From the NCBI GenBank assembly GCA_011773515.1, contig WVXK01000062.1:164928-228927 (forward strand): a stretch of 64,000 nucleotides of DNA. Direction: 5' to 3'. The translations under genes were made by a program, and so were the position numbers. Below the pieces are notes generated by a model. That model made no database searches and was not told where the DNA came from. It saw nothing but the letters and a program-made list of their open reading frames with translations. Position 1 is the stretch's first letter, and each line of letters opens with the position of its first letter. The DNA is from Deltaproteobacteria bacterium (GTDB lineage Bacteria > Desulfobacterota > Deferrimicrobia > J040). Shown piece by piece: positions 19,847-28,392 of this stretch.

Positions 19847-21058
19847 TTACCTCCTAACTCCCCCGCTTTTCAAGTAATCGGAATAGGATGGCGATATCTC
19901 CCAGAGTCTCTGCACTATTCCCGGCATAATTTCCAGCACGTAGTCAACCTCATCAGGACGATTCCACTTTCCCATACTGAAGGTTATGGAGCCGGTGCAG
20001 ATATCCGACGGAACACCGATGGCCTTCAGCACATGGGAGGCTACGAGGTCTTCCTCATCCTGGGCTTTCAGGTTCGAGCTGCACGCAGAGCCGCTCGCGG
20101 CCATTACGCCGTTGATGTTCAGGTATATGAGGAGCGATTCCCCCTCCGCAAACTCAATCCAGAAGCTCACGTGACCCGGAAGCCGGCTCACCTCGTGCCC
20201 GGTAAAGTGGATGTGGCTGATCCTGTTTTTGAGCCCCTCTCTCAGCTGCTGTTCGAGGTCTCTCAGCCGAAGGGCATCCTCCTCCATCTCATCCATGGCA
20301 ATTTCGGCAGCCTTTCCAAAACCGACTATTCCGGTAACGTTTTCGGTACCGGCCCTCAAACCACCCTCCTGGAAGCCCCCTTCTTGAAGGGGGGCGATAC
20401 GGGTACCCTTTCTCACGAACAGCGCGCCGGCTCCCTTCGGCCCGTAAAAGTTGTGAGCCGACAGGGTGAGAAGATCTGCTCCCATCCTCTCCACGTCCAC
20501 GGGTATGTGGCCGGCAGAAGCGGTTGCATCACAGTGGAAATAGACATCCTTCTCCCTCGCGACGGCTCCAACCTCTAAAACGGGCATAATGGTCCCGATT
20601 TCCGAATTTGCGTGCATGACCGAGATGAGGATCGTGTCATCCCTGACAGACTGTCTTAACTCCTCCGGATCTATGAGGCCGTGCCGGTCAACGGGAAGGT
20701 AGGTAATCTCGTACCCTTCATTTATCAGCGGAATGAGGGCATTGAGAACGGAGAAATGCTCCACCTCGGATACGATGATGTGCATCCCCTTTTTTTTCAT
20801 CGCCCCGGCAACACCCTTTACGGCAAGGTTGTTGGACTCGGTCGCCCCGGACGTGAAAACCACCTCTTCGGGAGTTGCGTGAATCAAACCGGCAACCTTC
20901 TCCCTTGCCCCCTCGATGGCTCTCAACGCCAGCTGTCCCTGCTCGTGAATATGCGAGCTCGGGTTACCGTACTGACCCACGAAGAAGGGCAGCAGCGCAT
21001 CGAGCACGTCCGGGTGAAGGGGCGTGGTGGAAATATGGTCGAAAAAAACTTTTTTCAT
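19847..21058 (-). CDS. iscS: Cysteine desulfurase IscS/NifS
   Basis: GNPSS, FTSGATESNN, EHFSV, SGSACSS. The usual PLP-Lys motif reads SAHNFYGPKG rather than SAHK. Confidence 0.85.
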   Translation of the reverse strand: MKKVFFDHISTTPLHPDVLDALLPFFVGQYGNPSSHIHEQGQLALRAIEGAREKVAGLIHATPEEVVFTSGATESNNLAVKGVAGAMKKKGMHIIVSEVEHFSVLNALIPLINEGYEITYLPVDRHGLIDPEELRQSVRDDTILISVMHANSEIGTIMPVLEVGAVAREKDVYFHCDATASAGHIPVDVERMGADLLTLSAHNFYGPKGAGALFVRKGTRIAPLQEGGFQEGGLRAGTENVTGIVGFGKAAEIAMDEMEEDALRLRDLEQQLREGLKNRISHIHFTGHEVSRLPGHVSFWIEFAEGESLLIYLNINGVMAASGSACSSNLKAQDEEDLVASHVLKAIGVPSDICTGSITFSMGKWNRPDEVDYVLEIMPGIVQRLWEISPSYSDYLKSGGVRR

Positions 21059-21085
21059 GATTCCTCAGGGGGCCGGTTTCTTTCT

Positions 21086-21289
21086 CTACTCATCCTCCGA
21101 GACCCCGAATTCCTCCATTTTTTTCTTGACCAGTGCAATGTGTTTTTCCTCCTCATCAGCCAGGAATTTGAACATTTTCTTTATGGATTGGAGTTCTGCT
21201 TCTTCCGAGGCTTTCAGGTAATCGTTGTAGTTTTTCTTCTCCAGCGAAAGAGCCATCCTCAACACCTTGGAGATCTCCTCTTTCGGCAT
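21086..21289 (-). CDS. Small ferritin/rubrerythrin-like helical hairpin protein (copy A)
   Basis: 67 aa; ALSLEKK...Y...FKFLADEEEKH; GGGAGGT SD 5 nt before the ATG at 21289. Confidence 0.8.
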   Translation of the reverse strand: MPKEEISKVLRMALSLEKKNYNDYLKASEEAELQSIKKMFKFLADEEEKHIALVKKKMEEFGVSEDE

Positions 21290-21456
21290 GTGCCACCTCC
21301 CCATTCATATTTAATGATGTACCATTTAATTTTCAGTTTCAATCATAATAGCAGAATACGACAACACCCCGCATGGCACGATCATTTTCCATCCCCTCAC
21401 CTTCCGGCGTGCTACAATATAAAATTTAAGTCGATACCAAACCGTGTGAGGTCAGG

Positions 21457-21993
21457 GTGAGCCAGAAAACCACAGTTGTGATCGCCGCTCTTATCGTAGC
21501 AATCGCAGGCGGATACATTTTTCTCAAACAGCGGCCCTTGATGATAGGGTCTCCCGGTAAAGAGTCCCGTGGGGGGCATCCACCGGTACTTGCCCCCCGG
21601 TTCGAATTGGAGGATATATCCGGGGAAAAGATAAACCTCGCAGACTTCCAGGGGAAAGCGGTGGTGCTGAACTTTTTTGCCACCTGGTGCCCGCCCTGCC
21701 AGAGCGAGATACCGGGATTTGTGAACATATACAAAGAATACAAGAGCCAGGGGCTCGAAATAATCGGGATCTCCCTGGACAATGACCCGGAAACCGTTCT
21801 CCCCGAATTCATAAGCGAATACAAAATTCCCTACACCGTTGCGATAGGCTCACGGGACATGATCAGCATGTACGGGGGCTTGAAGTCATTACCCACAACC
21901 ATTTTCATCAATAGAAAAGGCGAGATAACAAACGTTCACATGGGATTTTTGGACGAAACGACCTTCGAGGAAGAGGCGAAAAAGATCCTCTGA
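21457..21993 (+). CDS. TlpA/ResA family membrane-anchored thiol-disulfide oxidoreductase
   Basis: N-terminal TM helix, LNFFATWCPPC, LPTTIFI. Confidence 0.9.
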   Translation: MSQKTTVVIAALIVAIAGGYIFLKQRPLMIGSPGKESRGGHPPVLAPRFELEDISGEKINLADFQGKAVVLNFFATWCPPCQSEIPGFVNIYKEYKSQGLEIIGISLDNDPETVLPEFISEYKIPYTVAIGSRDMISMYGGLKSLPTTIFINRKGEITNVHMGFLDETTFEEEAKKIL

Positions 21994-22143
21994 TGACCGG
22001 TTACACAATAGCTCGAGGCTTTACAGGACCATTTCCCCGGAAATAGCGCGAAAACGCATTCCTTTTCCTTTCCATCTCGAAATCGCCACGGGAACCGGGT
22101 GCGTCCAGCGCCGCAGAGGGCAGGCAACTGCCGCAAATGTCGT

Positions 22144-22362
22144 TTATACCGATTCGACTCTTTCCACCGACGGGATCTCTTCCTTCAGCGCGACTTCGAT
22201 ACCATTTTTCAGGGTGAGCGATGCCATCGGACAGCCTCCACAGGCTCCTGTCAGCCGAAGTTTGACCACGCCCTCTTCTACATCGACCAGTTCGACATCA
22301 CCACCGTCTGCCTGAAGAGCCGGCCTTACCTTCTCGAGAACTCTTTCCACTGCCTCACGCAT
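22144..22362 (-). CDS. nfuA: Nfu / NifU C-terminal Fe-S carrier
   Basis: [37 protein letters not shown]. Confidence 0.9.
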   Translation of the reverse strand: MREAVERVLEKVRPALQADGGDVELVDVEEGVVKLRLTGACGGCPMASLTLKNGIEVALKEEIPSVERVESV

Positions 22363-22463
22363 AGTATAATCCTCCTTTTTCACTATATTATATCATTTAC
22401 CGATGTCTGTTTTTCCGTGTCATTGTGAGCACGTACGTTTGATGTCTCTTTGAGATGGAAGAT

Positions 22464-23102
22464 TCAGTCCGCTGCAACGATCTCGATCCCTGCCTTTTTG
22501 AGCATGCTCTTCACCACTTTGTACCTGTTCGTTTCGATCCTCAGTACAAGGATTTTCATGTCAGGGTCATCGGCGGAAGCCGTTACGACCGAAACGATGT
22601 TGACATCAAACTCACTCAGAAGCTTCGCCACCTTGAACATCTGGCCCGACGTGTTCGGCAGTGCAACCTCGACCCTGTATCCCGGCCTGTTGATGCCCAT
22701 GGCATCAAGAAACGCGTCGAGAATATCAGTCTCGGTCAATATGCCGACCAGCTTTCCGTCCTCCACAACGGGCAGTGCGCCGATCTTTTTTTCCCTCATG
22801 ATCAGCGCCGCCTCCTCAACGGAAGTTCCCGGTGAAACCGTGTAGGGTTTCTTGGTCATGATCTGTTTGATCTTGATCTTGTCAAGAAGATAGTATATCT
22901 CCCGTATCTCCAGAGACGTTGCCGGGGAAGGCGATGCTGCCTTTATATCCCTGTCGGAAACTATCCCGACGAGATTTTCTCCCTTCCTGAGGACAGGAAG
23001 GTGTCGTATCCCCTTTTCCTTGAGAAGGTCAATCCCCTTTTTCATTGAGTCCTCTTCATCGACCCATACGGGGTTTTTCCGCATTCTTCTGGCTACTATC
23101 AT
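22464..23102 (-). CDS. acuB: AcuB-like tandem CBS + ACT protein (paralog 1)
   Basis: IRHLPV, GIVSDRDI, IGALPVV, GILTETD, C-terminal ACT (NIVSV). Confidence 0.8.
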   Translation of the reverse strand: MIVARRMRKNPVWVDEEDSMKKGIDLLKEKGIRHLPVLRKGENLVGIVSDRDIKAASPSPATSLEIREIYYLLDKIKIKQIMTKKPYTVSPGTSVEEAALIMREKKIGALPVVEDGKLVGILTETDILDAFLDAMGINRPGYRVEVALPNTSGQMFKVAKLLSEFDVNIVSVVTASADDPDMKILVLRIETNRYKVVKSMLKKAGIEIVAAD

Positions 23103-23178
23103 CTGATACCTCCGGAATTGTTTTGCCGCAAGCCATTTGGAAGTTTACTGCCATGCCAATTACCAGGCAAGCGCAAGT

Positions 23179-23721
23179 TCATCGCTCCATGAAATAATTT
23201 CTGGTCAGGAGGAAAAGATCCTCTTTTGACACAGCGGACATGAGCGACACCTTCAGGTTTTCCCCCGTTTCGAACACCACGAATGAAACCTCCTCTTTCA
23301 TGCCGGACAGAAGTGTTGCGGCATCGAGAAAGTCTTTCCTGGCCGAGGCACTCTTACCTCCCAGAGAATAGACACAGAGGAGATAGAGATTCCTCTGGTA
23401 ATAGAAGGGGACAAATGCACCCTTTACACTCCTTGTTTTGACCCGATGGAGAGAGAGGTATGTAAAACCTTCCTCCGGCAAAGCGAAAGAGGAGCCGAGG
23501 AGAGAAAGGATCTCTCTCTCGAGCTCTTTTTTTTCACGAGTCGCCGGATTTTTCTGCGACTTGTACGTGAGTTTTTCAAAATACCTGAACTGCTCATCCA
23601 GGACCTTTTCTCCCCGAACCTCATTGGACTTCATCATCATTCTCGCAGTAATCAGCCCGATGAGGGCAGTGAGAAAGAGAAAAACAACTACCCTCGGTAT
23701 CCTTTCTCTCTTGCGATTCAT
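23179..23721 (-). CDS. Hypothetical protein with N-terminal membrane anchor
   Basis: Basic N-terminus followed by a hydrophobic helix; 180-aa ORF filling the gap. Confidence 0.6.
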   Translation of the reverse strand: MNRKRERIPRVVVFLFLTALIGLITARMMMKSNEVRGEKVLDEQFRYFEKLTYKSQKNPATREKKELEREILSLLGSSFALPEEGFTYLSLHRVKTRSVKGAFVPFYYQRNLYLLCVYSLGGKSASARKDFLDAATLLSGMKEEVSFVVFETGENLKVSLMSAVSKEDLFLLTRNYFMER

Positions 23722-24123
23722 TCGACACGCACCTGCATCACAAACCCGTCAACGCTATTGCTCGAGAATATGTATTCTATTATCTTCCAATCGCTCAAAC
23801 AACTCTACCCCATTCAAACCTGAAGGATAACACAGTGGGGAGCTCACATTTCCTGAAACGGGCAGCGATCATGCCGAGCTCTGAGATTTCTGCGCCCAAT
23901 GCACACCGTGCTGGGGGATCAAACAGTGGATACGTTACCGGGATGGTGGGGCATAAAACACTGAGCACAAACCTTTTCTCCCCTGCCGAGGGAAGGGACT
24001 GTGCCTGGAACCTTTGCCGGATGCTCCTGCAAAAAGCCGAAATAATTCCCTCCTCCCGTTTGATTCGATGCTACAATATCCTTTAATACGGGGGGAATTC
24101 AGCGCTTTCCGGAAAACTAACAC

Positions 24124-25218
24124 GTGACCGATAAACAGACAATAGAGGACCTTAAGACCGAACTCATCGAATGCTTCGACTCAGGCGAATCCTTCCTCCA
24201 TCTCGGGATGAGCCTGAAACGTCTCCTCCGGTTCCAGCTCGCCATCTTTTTCGAAATCGACTGGAAGACAACAAGCCTCGTTCCTCTAAACTTTTTTCCC
24301 TCGGCCACGCGGAAAGTTCTGAAGCTCCAGAACCTCTCGATTCCATTTGACAGCTCAATTATAGATATCTTTTCCAAAAGCTGGATTCCGCTCAGGAAAG
24401 CAGGTGAGCGGTCAGGTCTCATGAGCAGAGCGATCGATGAACTTCCCGAACCCTTCGTGCTTTTTCCCTTGAAAGTGAAACAGCGGGTTCTCTGCGCAAT
24501 CGGCCTGTCCGGGCTCAAATACAAGAAGGAAAAAGACCTGGATGATCTCTCGGAGCTCTTCCGGCAACTTTCCCCGGTGCTCGAAAAAAACATGGTAATC
24601 GACAAATCGGTGAGGCGAAACCAGCGACTCGAGACGATCATCGGGCAGGGGCCCACCACATATTTCATCGTGAACAGGACAGGCCATATAAATGATTTTC
24701 TCCCCTGCAATAAAAATTTTCTCGGATACACCCCGGAAAATGTGGTCAGAGAACCCCTGTCATTGCTCTTTCCCATGGGAAAACCGATACTGAAAGCCAT
24801 CTGGAAACAGGTAAGAAGCAACAACAACCGGGTTTGGGGGCTGGTGAACCTTTCAAATGGCAGGAAAAACCTTGCTTCCCTCACCGTGGAAAAAGTGCTG
24901 CTCAAGTACACCCTTCAGAAAGAGTATTACCTCGTGGGCATCGAATCGGTGGAAAGTGAACTCCTGGGAAGTACTTCCTCTGAAAAGACCCCCCTGGCAA
25001 AACAAAAGGACGGTTGTTCTGTCATTCGGGTGCATATCTGCCCCGAAAACTTGCGCTGTGTAAGAAGGTGCGGAAAAATGGCAGAATACTCGGGGGAAGG
25101 GGCGTTTATCGTCGACATCGCCACATTCAAGGATGAGCGGTGCGCCCCCGAGAACAACTGCCTCATCGAATATCTCTCAGTAGGTAATCACCCTCATACC
25201 GAAGTCGCGATAGAGTAA
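24124..25218 (+). CDS. Hypothetical sensor-like protein (GAF-like, PAS-like, Cys-rich C-terminus)
   Basis: FVLFPLKVKQRVLCAIGL (GAF-like end); FLGYTPENVVREPLSLLF (PAS-like); six Cys in the last ~70 aa. Confidence 0.6.
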   Translation: MTDKQTIEDLKTELIECFDSGESFLHLGMSLKRLLRFQLAIFFEIDWKTTSLVPLNFFPSATRKVLKLQNLSIPFDSSIIDIFSKSWIPLRKAGERSGLMSRAIDELPEPFVLFPLKVKQRVLCAIGLSGLKYKKEKDLDDLSELFRQLSPVLEKNMVIDKSVRRNQRLETIIGQGPTTYFIVNRTGHINDFLPCNKNFLGYTPENVVREPLSLLFPMGKPILKAIWKQVRSNNNRVWGLVNLSNGRKNLASLTVEKVLLKYTLQKEYYLVGIESVESELLGSTSSEKTPLAKQKDGCSVIRVHICPENLRCVRRCGKMAEYSGEGAFIVDIATFKDERCAPENNCLIEYLSVGNHPHTEVAIE

Positions 25219-27156
25219 ACCCCTCAAACCCAGGTCAACCTCTCCATCAACGAACAGGATATCCCGCTCACCCCCCGTGGACTCCTTCTTCAGAGCAAAA
25301 CCCGAGGCTCTCAAGGTGTAACCCTTATCTTTCCCGCCGCTGATAATCTCATTCTCGTAGAGTGAATACTCTACCCCGGCAAGCTTTAACAACCGGGGAA
25401 TAATGGTGGCGTACGAGCTGTTTGCCTCGACATGTATGATCCTGTACCCCTCTTTTACCAGCAGATCGGTAATCGGCTCGGCAAACCTCTCGGGATCGAG
25501 AATATACGGCTGTTTTTTCGCCCAGAAAACGAGATCTGGCTTTATGGTCAGGGTAAATGCGCCTTCCTTTCCCTTTATCGAAATCTTGTGTGACCTGCTG
25601 GAGCGAACACCAGCAGCATCGAGGATATACTTTGCTCCATCAGGGAGCATTTCCGGCACTTTTTCCCTGTCATAGTTATCCTCGGTCGCCTCTGCGTAGT
25701 AGGAGACGACATAGCCCTCTCCTATGGACCTGTCCACGTAATAGGGAATCACCAGTACCCCCGTTTTGAGGCAGTAGGCGTAAATGCTCGATTGAATCGG
25801 GGACAGCGAGGGCAGGTGAAGTCTCTTGATTGCATTCACTTCTCCCTTCAGTAAACTGTCATTCTCCCGGAGCGCGATCAGGTCGGCGTTGATGGAGACG
25901 GACACTTTATCGCCTATGACCAGCTGGGTCGTTCTCCCATCCTTTACCGAATAGTATCCCCCGGCTTTCAACAGGTTTTCCAGGAAGGCATCGATACCTT
26001 TCTCGCTGTCGTGCCTCAGGACGGCGTATCCCATCCACTTATCCCGAAGAACCCTTTCAACTTCCCGGGGGATGGAGCCCCAGAGGTCCAGTATTACATT
26101 TCTTCCATTCGAGAATCTTGCAATGGGATACTTTTCCATGTTGAGCACGAGTTCTCCCCCCCCGTCGAGGGGAACATACATTTCGCCCGAAAGTATCAGC
26201 TTTTCACCGAGCGCCGAGAGCAGGTCGCTGAAGAGGCCCCTTTGCTTTGGAAGGGACATCTGAAAATCGGGGCGCTGCGACCCGTGCGGTCGGGTGGATG
26301 TAATCGTGCCGGCATCGACATCCCCCTTCGTTGCCATTTCTTTCTCAAATACCTTCTCGGGATATGCCCGTTCGACCTCCAGGGTCCCCTTATCTCCCTC
26401 TGCGGGCCGATCGAGCACCGGCTTTTCCGGGGACAGATCTTCCGTCTCAGACTCACCCCTTACCTTTTCATCTCCGACAACGGCGGCATCGAGACTGCCC
26501 GCAATCTCCTTCTCGTCGTCACGTAAATCAGCCTGAGCCTCTCCCGCCACCTCTTCCATGCGGGCAAAAGTGGGTTCCCGCTCACTCCCGTCTTCCAGAA
26601 AATAGCTGTAGTTCGGAAGATAGAATTTCTGCCCGGGATAAATCCAGTCGGGATTTTTCAAAAAGGGGTTTAATTCCCTGACCTCTTCGATATATTTCAG
26701 CATCTCCCTGGTGCTTCTGAACTCGCCGGGCGCAGTCCTCCACAAAATATCGCCTGAAGTCACCGTGTATTCAAATATCTTCCCCTGCCGGACCATACTT
26801 TCCAAAAGATTTTTTTTCCCCAGGGTTCCAACATTCATGGGGAGTTTTACGCGGCTCTCTCTCTTGATCAGAGAGGGATTCGCAATGCCGGGGTTTGCCT
26901 TCTCGAACGCTTCGACGAACAGGGAAAACTCACTCTTTCTGCCACCGAGCTTATCGGTAAATATTTTCCACAAAGAATCTCCCTTTTCCATCCTGTACAC
27001 TTCGAAAAACTTTATCTGCTTTCCTGCTTTTTCGGCAATCACCCGTTTTTCAAGATATATTTTCGGTCTTCCTGCGCTTTCCTTTGCCGCCAGCGCAAGG
27101 CTGTGGCTTCCTGACAGAACGGCGAGGATCAAGAGAAGGGCAATATGACGGTTCAC
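25177..27156 (-). CDS. Exported LysM-domain protein
   Basis: Signal peptide after the GTG at 27156 (AAGGAG SD); YRMEKGDSLWKI and YTVTSGDILW...NPDWIYPGQ LysM-like repeats; acidic linker. Confidence 0.72.
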   Translation of the reverse strand: MNRHIALLLILAVLSGSHSLALAAKESAGRPKIYLEKRVIAEKAGKQIKFFEVYRMEKGDSLWKIFTDKLGGRKSEFSLFVEAFEKANPGIANPSLIKRESRVKLPMNVGTLGKKNLLESMVRQGKIFEYTVTSGDILWRTAPGEFRSTREMLKYIEEVRELNPFLKNPDWIYPGQKFYLPNYSYFLEDGSEREPTFARMEEVAGEAQADLRDDEKEIAGSLDAAVVGDEKVRGESETEDLSPEKPVLDRPAEGDKGTLEVERAYPEKVFEKEMATKGDVDAGTITSTRPHGSQRPDFQMSLPKQRGLFSDLLSALGEKLILSGEMYVPLDGGGELVLNMEKYPIARFSNGRNVILDLWGSIPREVERVLRDKWMGYAVLRHDSEKGIDAFLENLLKAGGYYSVKDGRTTQLVIGDKVSVSINADLIALRENDSLLKGEVNAIKRLHLPSLSPIQSSIYAYCLKTGVLVIPYYVDRSIGEGYVVSYYAEATEDNYDREKVPEMLPDGAKYILDAAGVRSSRSHKISIKGKEGAFTLTIKPDLVFWAKKQPYILDPERFAEPITDLLVKEGYRIIHVEANSSYATIIPRLLKLAGVEYSLYENEIISGGKDKGYTLRASGFALKKESTGGERDILFVDGEVDLGLRGLLYRDFGMRVITY

Positions 27157-27167
27157 ATGATTCTCCT

Positions 27168-27953
27168 TCAAAAACTGTAGTCGGGAAAGGTACATTCTCC
27201 GGCATGCACACCGATGGTCTTGTACATTTTGGGGCTCACCCAGGGATCTTCGAGAATGCCGTCATGTATCGACCAGGATCTTCCCCTCACGGTTTTCTCC
27301 ATCCCCTTTTTTCTGAAAGGCGTGGACCCGTCAAGTCTTTCGAAAAGAGTCCCCCCGGGTTGAAACTCCCGGTGAATGTACTTCATTCTCTCTTTCCCTT
27401 TTATGTGCGCAAATCCGTATTTTTCGTATATTATAGCGCTGTAGTATCCGAGGGGCTCCAGAAAAAAATAGCGGTGGCCCATCTTCGAAAAGAAGTCATC
27501 CCATATCGAAACGAGCTGTCTCATGAGCCTGAGCCCCTTCCTGACCTGTCCCGGGGCGAGGCCGGCCTCCATCGCCCTTATCTCCTCGGGAACGTTTCGC
27601 CGGACCGTTCCGAAATACGTTTCCCTCCCCGCATCATCCACATCGATGTTGTAGCGTTCAGATTCGGGGTCGTTAACAACGATGAAAGATATTTCCATCT
27701 GGCCGAAGGATGTGGTTGAAATGTCCAGAAACATCACCGGGTCTCTGTCGTCGGGATCCCTCCACAACTCTACCTGGAAAAAGGGCATCTTCCGCGGGTT
27801 TGTAAATTTCACGCACTCTTTGCCGTGAGGGTTTTTAAAGGTCCTCCTGTCGATAGAATAGGTACCGAAAAGTATATCGGGAATAAGGGGCAGCAAAAAG
27901 TCCCTTCTCTCTATTTCCGGCATACTGTTGATGTCGAAGGCTGTCTGCGGCAT
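27168..27953 (-). CDS. Hypothetical protein, possibly GNAT-fold acyltransferase
   Basis: 261-aa ORF inside an operon; GQVRKGLRLM and SAIIYEKYGF resemble GNAT motifs A and B. Confidence 0.6.
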   Translation of the reverse strand: MPQTAFDINSMPEIERRDFLLPLIPDILFGTYSIDRRTFKNPHGKECVKFTNPRKMPFFQVELWRDPDDRDPVMFLDISTTSFGQMEISFIVVNDPESERYNIDVDDAGRETYFGTVRRNVPEEIRAMEAGLAPGQVRKGLRLMRQLVSIWDDFFSKMGHRYFFLEPLGYYSAIIYEKYGFAHIKGKERMKYIHREFQPGGTLFERLDGSTPFRKKGMEKTVRGRSWSIHDGILEDPWVSPKMYKTIGVHAGECTFPDYSF

Positions 27954-27963
27954 TGAACCCGGT

Positions 27964-28392
27964 TTAAAACTTCTTGGTCTTCAAGCCATCGAGGGAATCG
28001 AACAGGCTGTGGCGTATATCCAGGACAGGCGAGCCATCCACGGCGTCGAGATGGACTACGTGCAGGATATTCTTTTCGATACCCACTACCTCTACCGGGC
28101 AGATGCCGACCGGGTTTGGCCTGTCGGGACCCCTCGTTCCAAAAACTCCCTTTTTCCTGTTCCTGTTCCAGAGGGTTGTCCTTTTTGCCCGGCCCATCCA
28201 GTAGAGGATATCAAGAATGTCCCCGATACGTATTCCCTCAACACCCTTTTCGTATTCCTGAAATAGCTCCACGCGTGATGCTTCGCTGCTGAGAAAACCC
28301 TGCTTTGGAGCTTCTTTTCTCGATGGAAAAGGAGACCTGATGATCCCGATAGGCCTGATGTAAATTTCTCTCTTGTCACCACCCATATTCAA
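27964..28392 (-). CDS. trmO: TrmO/TsaA (YaeB) SAM-binding tRNA methyltransferase domain
   Basis: PIGIIRSPF, APKQG, GVFGTRGPDRPNPVG, LDAVDGSPVLDI. Confidence 0.85.
   Translation of the reverse strand: MNMGGDKREIYIRPIGIIRSPFPSRKEAPKQGFLSSEASRVELFQEYEKGVEGIRIGDILDILYWMGRAKRTTLWNRNRKKGVFGTRGPDRPNPVGICPVEVVGIEKNILHVVHLDAVDGSPVLDIRHSLFDSLDGLKTKKF

Noticed and set aside
23722..24123. 400-bp divergent intergenic region examined for a riboswitch or small ORF
   Set aside because: No recognisable aptamer consensus; the short ORFs lack SD and motifs.
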